From: Eledone cirrhosa
Lineage: Eukaryota
Assembly (NCBI GenBank): GCA_964016885.1
Contig: OZ024742.1
Span: 56,420,001 to 56,484,000 of the forward strand
DNA length: 64,000 nucleotides
Direction: 5' to 3'
Both the position numbers and the translations under genes were made by a program. Every line of letters begins with the position of its first letter. Position 1 is the stretch's first letter. The notes under the pieces are model-generated. The model saw nothing but the letters and a program-made list of their open reading frames with translations, made no database searches and was not told where the DNA came from. Of this stretch, positions 53,967 through 64,000 are shown piece after piece.

Positions 53967-55307
53967 GAATCTGTCATATGTGTGTGTGTGTGTGTGTGTT
54001 TGTGTATGCGTGTGTGTGTGCGTGTGTGTGTGTTATGCGCATGTTCCTACTTTGCCTAATGTTTGTCTTTCACCAGAAACATATATATATATATACTGTA
54101 TATGAATGATTGAAATTCGACTTCAGGCATGACTGATCTGGCTTTTCACATCGTGATCACATTTGCATGGTGCATGTTTAGAGATAAAATTTTGGAAGTG
54201 TATCAGTCTCTCATGCATGCCTGTCTCTCCCCGATACAGATGTTGTCAAAGATTGGCTACCAATGACATTCCAAGTCATAAATACACTACTTTTACAATA
54301 TAGACTCTATTTTTTTCCGACTTGATAAGAAACCAGACCTCATTCGCCTACGGAGTCGGGTGGAGTTCGTCAGATCAGACCAAGGAAACAATATTTCCAT
54401 TAGTTTTTTTTTTAAATTACTAATACTCTTTACCGGTCACAATGTGAAATAAATTGTTTTGCTCAAAGACACCACGCATCTCCCGGCCTGGGATTTGAAC
54501 TCACAACCTTTCGTCTGTGAATCCAACTCTCCAACCCCTAAGCTACGCGCCTTCACTCTATAAATGATTCTCTGATAGGGAGATTGAAAGGTTGATCCAG
54601 CTTGTTATTAGTATTGGCGCAACCTTTTTTTTCTGACCACAGCCGAAATCGAACGCACAACATTACGATTTTGAGCCTAAATCCATGATCACTAAGCACC
54701 ACAACTTCTATGTATGGATAGAGATTAAATATTTTGTGATTCAATTTTTTTGGTTTTATTTTGTTTTACTTTATATTCTCTGTGGTTGTCTGTCAAAAAC
54801 AGACATCACTATGATTTGGAAACATACTAAAATGTAATCTAACGAAACACCGGGAGGGCTTTCACAGTCAGGTAACGCTAAAATATTTAAACCTAAATGT
54901 ATATGAAGTGCATTACGTGATTATTACAAAATATTATAGATTGTTGTAAAGATCAATAAGGTCTCTAGTAAAAGAGTTGGGCTGTAGATAGGTTATTTTG
55001 CGACAGTTTCCGATTTCGTTCCTAGCCATTTCACTTCACTTGTTTTATCGGCTATATAACATCATTCCCATCAACTATATATGTCTTCATTATTCCCATA
55101 TAAAAAATAACTCCAAATTACTATGAGTGGATAATGGAGTGAACGGAAACTATAGAACTATTCGGCGCATCTACTGGAATCAATTTAAGAGTCTATATCC
55201 CTATTCAAATTCGTATATATGCACACATACACACACATATATATATATATACATACACACACACATACACACACAGACATATATATACATACTTATATAT
55301 ATATATT

Positions 55308-55338
<31 letters not shown>

Positions 55339-55638
55339 GTGTATGTATATATATATGTGTGTGTGTAAATATATATCATTTATGTATGTGTATATATATA
55401 TTATATATGTATATATATATTATTTATATATGTATACTCGTATATATGTGTGTATGTATAACCATTTCGTATTGAGGGTCGCCTGAATAAATAATACTCA
55501 GAGCCATAGTGGAGATTGATATTTTCTACATGTCAGTACACACGAGAAACACTAGTGTAACAAGTCTCTACCGGCTTTAAAGTTATATATATATATATAT
55601 GTGTGTGAGTGTGTGTGTGTGTGTGTATGTGTGTGTGC

Positions 55639-55708
<70 letters not shown>

Positions 55709-56019
55709 CTTTGCCTGTTTCTCTGACCCCTTGTGTGTGTATATGTGTGTGCGTGTGTATATATATGTGTGTGTGTGTGTGTAGCGAAAATGTCAGCATG
55801 TAGAAAGGTCTCTGTGTATATACACAAATCACGATTCGTACCCTCAGATATTCATTGCAACCATAGATTAAATGATCTAAGTATTGTTAGATATTTACCT
55901 GACGACATATCTTACAGGTATAGCTTGCCCTTGCGCAAGTTTGTTAGACAATGAAATCTGTAGTTGCTATGGATAAGAATCATCACATATATTAAAGAAT
56001 GTTAATGAAATTTTATTAC

Positions 56020-56113
56020 CTTCTCATAGTCATCCACGAGTTTTCGGAAACGCGCAGGAAGGTAACTGCCAATTTCTTTTACTAAAATCCAAATTGCATA
56101 GTTTGCAAGTACC
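56020..56113 (-). CDS. Neprilysin/M13 internal exon (94 bp, phase 2/0)
   Basis: ttttcag|(R)VLANYAIWILVKEIGSYLPARFRKLVDDYEK|gtaa contains the M13 R.L.NY..W motif and joins in frame to both neighbouring exons. Confidence 0.88.
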
Positions 56114-57437
56114 CTGAAAAATACATAAAGAAAACAACAACATTGTAATTTATATTCAATATGTTTAATCATTTGTTATCAGAATACACGTAACCAATTT
56201 ATTTCGAAGTAAACCTGTGATTAAGTTTTATTATCCTTCGCTAACGAAACGCCAGTTATTTCAGGATTAAAATATATTTCTATGATAAATTCACAACATA
56301 ATATAATTAGGTACGGAATTATTCAAATCCTTGTGAACGTTTTATTCCTCCTCTTCTCTCCATCATTTCTACTTTCTCTGTCTCTTTATTTCTCTGTATT
56401 TTCATTTGATTATTTCATTCTATAGCTTTACTTCCTCGTCTATCTACACGTCTAATTTCTATTCACTTATTCTCCGATATATTGCTCTCACTACGGAGCA
56501 CACAAAATAAAGTGAAATGAAATTCCGCCTCTTTTTATTTACATAAATTATCAAAGATTAGCATTTGCAGAAAGTAAGCAAAGAAAAAAGAAACGATACA
56601 AAAACAGTAGAAAATAAGAAAAAGATGTGTAATGTCAATTCTCTGCCACAACAGAAGTCCCTGCAGATTCCCGTTAATTTTTTTTTTCAGACAAGGCAAG
56701 ACACATATCTGTTTATGTCTTTAATATTAATGAGAAATTTCATGTGAGCTATTCCCACTGTATTTTGTTATACAATGCTATTTATGATCACAATATCGTA
56801 ATATCTCGAAATTCAGGTTTAGTGTTGAAACATTAATGTTTTAGAGCTTCATTAAATTCAAAGTAACGCAAAGAAAAAATTGCTAAAGAATTGTGGAGAC
56901 AAAATATTCAGGTTTGCAGCATACCTTTGAAGAATATCCTTGGCAGATTTGGTTTTGTTGTAAAATGCCTTTTGTTTAAAACTCTGTAATACAGCTGGTA
57001 GTGGAATCTTCAATGATCCAGTGTAAACGAATAGTGAGGATGTTCACTTCGCAATTATTTGGTGTCGGGTTCGATCCCATACCCTGACACCTAAACAAAT
57101 ATTGGATCGACTCACACTTGGTCAATGAAATTAGGCATATTGAAACTGTTTGTACGAGAAATTCAAAGGATTCGCTGTCACACTTTGTGTCCTGCTAAAT
57201 ATTCACGAGAACTACGTTAGGAATGCATGTGTCTGTGAAACGCTCAGCCACATGTACGTTAATTTGAAGAGTAGACTTTTCAAACAACTGGAACAGACGG
57301 GTTTCCAATATACAGACACACATACACACACATACGCACACAGACACACATACACCCAGACAGACACAAACGCACACACACGCACACACACACACACGCA
57401 CGCACACACACATACACATACACTTGCACACACGCAC

Positions 57438-57473
<36 letters not shown>

Positions 57474-57656
57474 ATAATTCTACCAAAACATACGGTAGTG
57501 TCCAATTCGTATGAAGAACTCAATGTAATCCAAATATCATGAAAAGAGAAGATGCATTCAAAAATTTTCGATGAAAATCATAGGAAAACAGAGTCAAGAT
57601 AAATTAATAAACACAATGAAATAAAAACAAAGAACAGGTTCTTTATATTAAAAAAT

Positions 57657-57792
57657 TCATCATGTTACGATCGTTTCTAGGATGTATATTTGTGTTGGTA
57701 TGTATATCGTATAGATCTATGTAAAAATATTACAAATTATCAGAGGAAATATACATACCTTCACATATACATGCTGTCTTCAGAAATGATGA
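57657..57792 (-). ncRNA. Long-helix-II hammerhead motif, left arm of the inverted repeat
   Basis: Reverse-complement copy of 59533-59668 with one helix I mismatch. Confidence 0.65.
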
Positions 57793-59532
57793 GATTTGTT
57801 TTTTGAAAAAAACCAACAAAGATTTAATATAAAAGGTCTGTTTGGGAACAGGTTTTGAATTGACCAATAGAAAAGTAGTAAGAGGTCAAGTTGATAGAAT
57901 AGTGGTAGTAGAAATTTAATTTAGGGATAGCGGAGTGCAGACTTATGTTTTGAATGAAAAGAATACTTTGAATGAAAAGAATACTTTGGGGATGAAAAGA
58001 GGTCAAGCCAGTGAAGAGTACACAAAAAATTGATGTTATTAAAGAAACGAAGGAAAATAAAATTTTAGGGTAAGGGTATTAGTGAGAAATACCAATCTTA
58101 TTTAAACCACAAGGAATCTAGATCTATAACAAGAAATTAAATTAATTGATAGGTATACTTATAGGGATAAATTTATATTAATTCATATGAATGTGATAAA
58201 TAAGAATTAGATGTTATTAAAGAGTGTTGTTAAAAACGAAGGAAAGTAAAATTTTGGGATAAGGGTAGTAGTGAGAAATACTAATCTTATATAAACTACA
58301 AAGAATCTAGATTCCTAACAGGAAATTAAATTAATTTAGGTATTAATTTTAGGAAAAGGGAGCTCTAAGAGGGAAATAAAATTATGAAGTTCTCTGTAGT
58401 AAAGTACTAATTATAGGTTAACTAAATAAAACAAACTAATTATAATAATATGTAAAATATAAGTGTAAGGTGTATATTAATTAGGTTTATAATATTTGAA
58501 GGTTCTTCTAATTCTCTGATTGCAAGATATAATTAATTCCTGTCGCTTATTGAATAGGATATCCTTAGATTTCATGATTTCAAAAAGTTCCTGGGATTGA
58601 GCACAATCCAGGTCGATATTCTTCTTTCTATAATTATTAATTATTTCAGCCAAGGATGTTGTATTAGCTAATGCGGCATTTTTAAAACTATGTTTGTGAT
58701 ACGAGTGTAGGTTATGCTCCCAGGAACTTTTTGAAATCGTGAAATCTAAGTATATCCCATTAAATAAGCGACAGGAATTAATTATATCTTGCCATCATAG
58801 CATTAGAAGAACCTTCAAATATTATAAACCTAATTAATATACACCTTACACTTATATTTTACATATTATTATAATTATTTTTTTTAATTTAGTTAACCTA
58901 TAATTAGTACTTTACTACAGAGAACTTCATAATTTTATTTCCCTCTTAGAGCTCCCTTTTCCTAAAATTAATACCTAAAAGTATACCTATAAATTAATTT
59001 AATTTCCTGTTAGGAATCTAGATTCCTTGTAGTTTATATAAGATTGGTATTTCTCACTACTACCCTTATCCCAAAATTTTACTTTCCTTCGTTTTTAACA
59101 ACACTTTAATAACATCTAATTCTTATTTATCACATTCATATGAATTAATATAAATTTATCCCTATAAGTATACCTATCAATTAATTTAATTTCTTGTTAT
59201 AGATCTAGATTCCTTGTGGTTTAAATAAGATTGGTATTTCTCACTAATACCCTTGCCCTAAAATTTTATTTTCCTTCGTTTCTTTAATAACATCAAATTT
59301 TCGTGTACCGTTCACTGGCTTGACCTCTTTTCATCCCCAAAGTATTCTTTTCATTCAAATTATTCTTTTCATTCAAAACATAAGTTTGCACTCCTCTACC
59401 CCTAAATTAAATTTCTACTACCATTATTCTATCAACTTAACCTCTAACTACTTTTCTATTGGTCAATTCAAAACATGTTCCCAAACAGACCTTTTATATT
59501 AAACTTTGTTGGGTTTTTTCAATAAACAAATC

Positions 59533-59668
59533 TCATCATTTCTGAAGACAGCATGTATATGTGAAGGTATGTATATTTCCTCTGATAATTTGTAATATTT
59601 TTACATAGATCTATATGATATACATACCAACACACACATACATCCTAGAAACGATCGTAAAATGATGA
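59533..59668 (+). ncRNA. Long-helix-II hammerhead ribozyme, right arm of the inverted repeat
   Basis: TCATCATTT-CTGAAGA-[AG.ATGTAT..GGTATGTATAT...ATATACATACC..ATACAT.CT]-GAAA-CGATCG-TA-AAATGATGA, with a perfect 9-bp helix I. Confidence 0.75.
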
Positions 59669-59729
59669 ATTATTTTATATAAAGAACTTGTTCTTTGTTT
59701 TTATTTCATTTTTTTGAATTAATTTATAC

Positions 59730-59786
<57 letters not shown>

Positions 59787-60104
59787 AATATATATATATG
59801 ATGGCTGCAAACTCTGTTAAGAGTATTGCAATCGCTTGTCAGATTATAGTGTTTGGTGCACTTTTAGGCTACGGCCAGCGACACGAACCTGTAACATATC
59901 CTGAAGAAGCAATGCCTATGCTTTGAAGGTTTTTTTAAATGGGCAAAGGCCTTGCACTCGACCAATGCCACCCTCTGAGCATCGAAGACACTACCCGAAA
60001 AGGAGAACTAGTCAACATCATCGGATGCTTCCGAAGCCGCAAGGTTTTTTTTTCAGAGTTTTTTTATGGAGGCCTTTCACTCCCAGGAGAAAAATAAAAA
60101 TACT

Positions 60105-60297
60105 ATTTGGCTGATCGTTGACTCTGCTGAGTTCTTCCACCCTTCGTCTGGTCTTGAATTTCATCCCGCAGGGTGTTCAAATATCACCCTCCTCACAAAG
60201 CTAGCTTGGTTGTGTTGCTTATTTAGTCACCGACGACCCGACCATGAGACGGGTTGTACTGGGCTACATGTTACCAGTAGCACTCGAGAGCGACCTG

Positions 60298-60300
<3 letters not shown>
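60105..60300 (-). mobile_element. 5' end of an RTE-type element related to the 6311/20481 family
   Basis: Minus strand reads GTCAGGTCGCTCTCGAGTGCTACTGGTAACATGTAGCCCAGTACAACCCGTCTCATGGTCGGGTCG. Confidence 0.65.
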
Positions 60301-60360
<60 letters not shown>

Positions 60361-61185
60361 ACATATACTCAAAGGAATACAAACAATCAATCAAGTTGCT
60401 AGCTCAGTCATTCACTGCGGTACCACTCTAGACGTTTTACAGTCTCGCCATGGAATCACAATGGAATATTTAATCCTGACATATACCCACCCAAAACAAA
60501 ATCAATCCCTCACTAAATTGAGCAGATCAGCAGAGGCAATTCTCAGGGTGCAACAGAAAATTGTATCAGGGCCCAACATTCTAGTCCGGTGTATCTGTTC
60601 ATTCCTAACGAGGCACTGGTTTTCAAATAAGTTACTTTCAATATAGTTGTGGATAATCCAATTATTTCAACTCAACTATTTCATTGTCTATTGCAGTAAC
60701 ATCAAACTCTCATACATTGAACTATTCCTATAACCTCTCGGTAGAAGTTTTGATGTAAATATATCTACATATATATCTCTATATATATATATATATATAC
60801 ATATATATATACATATATATATATGTATGTGTGGGGGGTGCATGAATGTCTGTGTATGTGCGTACGTGAGTGTGTGAATGTGTGTTTATGCGTGTGTATA
60901 TGTGTGTGTGTTTATACAAATGCAGTATGTATTTTAGCTACAAACGCAAATAATTGTACTTGATATGCATAATTTGGTGTGTATGTGCGACAGTGTGTGT
61001 ATCGGTGAAATATGTGTAGTAGTGAGTAGGTGTGTGTGTAGGATGTTTAAAATCGTGAGTATGTATACAATAGTTTCCATATCTGTGTAAATAATGTTGT
61101 AATTGTGAGTTTGTGTGTGTGCAGGATGTTTGTAGTTGTGGGTGTGTGTAAAATAGTTTGTCTCTGTACCTGTGTGCGTATGTGT

Positions 61186-61254
<69 letters not shown>

Positions 61255-62127
61255 TAGGATTTTTTTGTAGTCGGCAGTGTGTGTACAATAATTTGTGTAT
61301 GTGTGTGTATATATAATATATGTGTGTGTGTATTTTTTGTGTGTACACTTTAGTAAGTCTTTCAAGTCTAAACGCTAAATGTAATATTAAAATGCAATTT
61401 CCTAATATAAAGATTTCTGCAACAGAATTTTACTAGATAACGTGTATCGTTGCTTTGCTGACTGATGATATTTTCATTGAATTGCATTCAATACATATCA
61501 ATTTAGTATCCTAGCTTTTATGTAAAATAATTTTATAGCTCACCAGCCATTCATTTTTTTAAAATAGAATATATTTCACTTAAATATATTCCACTTTTTA
61601 TTACATTATTAGGACAATGATGCTATAAAATGACACTTTCTACAATGGTATGACAAAGCTTAGCTATATCATTTTTAAAGTATTTAAATGATTTCTAAAG
61701 TAAACTCTTCTATTTCTACATGGGTATTTAAATAGAAATTCTAAAGCAACAGTGTGATATCGTGCCTAGAGTAAAGTTTATTGCTACAATTAAAGCAAAT
61801 AATATTACTTTCTTATTTAGTAGATTGTCACACTAAATGTGATAGAGAAATACGATTGCATCATGTTCGTGTATTTTCACATTAATGATTTCTAGAGGTG
61901 CAGTGACCTTAAATGGACTAGTAAGAAAATATTATGTTATATTACCATATATATAATGCAGCTGATGCAAGTTGTGTATGAAGGCAAAATAGGAGTAAAA
62001 TCAGAATGGGTCTTATTTAAATATATAATTGCAAATTATAAAACAGCCACGTTCACAGACGCTGCTGAATGGTTAAGGTTTTCGATCTAGAATTATGAGG
62101 TAACAGACCCCCAGTTTAAACCAAACC

Positions 62128-62168
<41 letters not shown>

Positions 62169-62406
62169 GTTTCAATTTCAAGACACGTGGAAAAATACTC
62201 AATAACATCGTTTGTAAATAAACGCGTGTGTTTATTTTGCAAAATATAAATATGTGTGTATGCAATGAAACTGTATATTTTCAGCGTATTGTAGCTCTTC
62301 ATTTATAAATTTCAACCACAGTTAATAACAACGAACAGCTCAGTGTGTTTTAGAAAGAGAGCTGAATGATTCACGTTAAATTCAAAATATCTACAAGAAA
62401 TCTTAC

Positions 62407-62546
62407 CGTTCATCTTGTCCTTTTAGTACGTTCATTAGTTCCGTAAAGTAAGCTGGATCTCGGACAATGATCGTCTCTGTTTCATTGATATATATTGGCT
62501 TTTTAGGGATCGTCATGACTTGAGTAAAATAGGTCATCCAATCAAA
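62407..62546 (-). CDS. Neprilysin/M13 internal exon (140 bp, phase 0/2)
   Basis: tttcag|FDWMTYFTQVMTIPKKPIYINETETIIVRDPAYFTELMNVLKGQDE-cg|gtaaga matches the M13 pattern F.W..Y....E..IV..P.YF. The split codon cg+g gives Arg with the next exon. Confidence 0.9.
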
Positions 62547-63353
62547 CTGAAATATACAAAGTTTACATATTTTTAAGGAATGTTGTAATTCGTTTTAGAC
62601 CTTGTGTGAAATAAAGAAAACGGTGTTTTGTTTGAAACGGTGTTTTGGTTGTTTAATGTTACAGATATGATAATAATCATGTTGGGAGTGTCATCTTGCA
62701 ATATTTTATATTTCGCGTAAAATGTTCGTCTTAAAAAGATTAAGAGTCCAGTGCTGAATATTTTGTCGCTCTTAAGTAGTCGTTGTTTGACATTTTAAAG
62801 TGATGATTTTTATTTAACGCTCGAAGTGGTAAATGGATAGCGTAATATATGATCTAAGCTTTGTTATGACCGAAGCAATAACAGCACAGCTCTAGGATTA
62901 TTATTCCTGTCAATGCTAAATTATCTTTAAATAAGCGATTTTCTTTCTAATTACAAATGGTTAGTTTGATCAAATTTATCGAGCAACTTTTATAGAAATA
63001 TACACATGAGAAAAGTTTGTCTCAAAAGTATTATACATTGGGACAACTTTATCCAAGTAGTTTTCACATTGCTCAATATGACTTGCAATAAAACAGATGA
63101 TGAATATTAGAAACAATATTCAGTAGAATTCAAAATTTATTTGGACCATATATGTCCCGACCAAATAAAAGGGAAACTTTCAGGAAAGGCATTAAATATC
63201 ATTCAATTATAATGCTACTTCGTCATGATTTAGTAGTATATATAATGTATGGAGTGATTAACTAGCAGCTTTCAATCTTCCTAGGTTGAAGCGCAGCGGC
63301 GTACGTGGTGGAACCATTGTCGTCGATTCGCCGATATGTCAACACGCAACAAG

Positions 63354-64000
63354 ATGAAGGGATACATAGAGCAACGTTACACCATCAAATTTTGTGTTAA
63401 ACTTAGGAAAACCAAATAAGTCTTTAGAATGTTAGAAGAGGCTTATTTGAGTGAATTGAGGGAGATAAGTTTCTACGAATTGTTTAAACGATTTTCTGAA
63501 CGAGATGAACATGAAGAAAATGAACAGAGATCTGGAGCACCAAACAGTACACGAAAGGAGGTAAATATTGAGGAAATGCGAAGGTGAGTAATTTTAGATC
63601 GTCGAGCTAGTGTGAGAATGATATTTGAAGCTGTTGGCATCAGTAGTCGCACAGTCGAAACAATTCTAACCTCAGATCTGGAGCTCCACATAATCTGTGG
63701 ATCTTCTCCCACGACCAGAAGCAGTTTCATATGAAATGTGACTCTGACATTCTTGATATGATAGCAGATGATTCTGGTTTTCTGAATAAAGTATCTACTT
63801 GCAATAAAAGTTGGATATTGAGCTAAGACCCTGAGAGTAAATGGCAGAGTATCTAGGGGAAGCACATGTCCACCTGCAGACCCCAAAGGCAAAAATGAAC
63901 AGGTCGCAAGAGAATGTCATGATTATTCCTTTCTTCAACTCTCAGGGGCTAATTCCCGTTGAATGTGACCCTCAGAGCAAACCGACAATTTTTTAAACGT
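63354..64000 (+). pseudogene. Mariner-family transposase relic
   Basis: EQRYTIKFCVKL..VFRMLEEAY..LFKRF..RSGAP..DRRASVRMI, then a degenerate FLNKVSTCNKSWILS*DPESKWQS (GDETW..YDPE..QS region). Contains stops and frameshifts. Confidence 0.8.

Larger units (their letters stand above)
57600..59725. repeat. ~2.1-kb inverted repeat (arms about 1 kb) made of two divergent 3' fragments of the PLE family seen at 1-2185
   Basis: 57600-58595 is the reverse complement of about 58718-59725. The inner ends translate to SQELFEI.KS..NKRQELIISC..IRRTFKYYKPN*, matching the C-terminus of ORF 1008-1469. Confidence 0.92.

Noticed and set aside
56929-56990. Possible minus-strand exon ending CAAAG|gtatgc
   Set aside because: No M13 similarity, and the 62407 exon already joins the 56113 exon in frame with the expected protein continuity.

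Overview
This is AT-rich eukaryotic DNA saturated with microsatellites. It is most likely an octopod cephalopod, because its SINEs resemble the Octopus OK and OR types. The only host gene I can support is three minus-strand exons of a neprilysin/M13 metallopeptidase (62407-62546, 56020-56113, 43179-43307), with consistent splice phases. Most of the rest is transposon-derived: several Penelope-like element (PLE) families (RT plus GIY-YIG), CR1/L2-, R4/Dong-, RTE- and Tx1-type LINE relics, tRNA-derived SINEs, a hAT MITE and a mariner relic. Most ORFs in the supplied track are microsatellite artefacts. The most notable signal is non-coding: the window is full of type I hammerhead ribozyme (HHR) motifs. 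A near-perfect 310-bp tandem array (about 2872-4875) carries one minimal HHR per unit (7 copies) and flips orientation at an internal hairpin, like a retrozyme/circular-RNA element. Further HHRs lie in PLE termini, including a form with a ~100-nt helix II and compensatory covariation. Several foldback palindromes pivot within or near HHR helix II. All RNA structures were folded by eye, none was tested, and most element boundaries are approximate.
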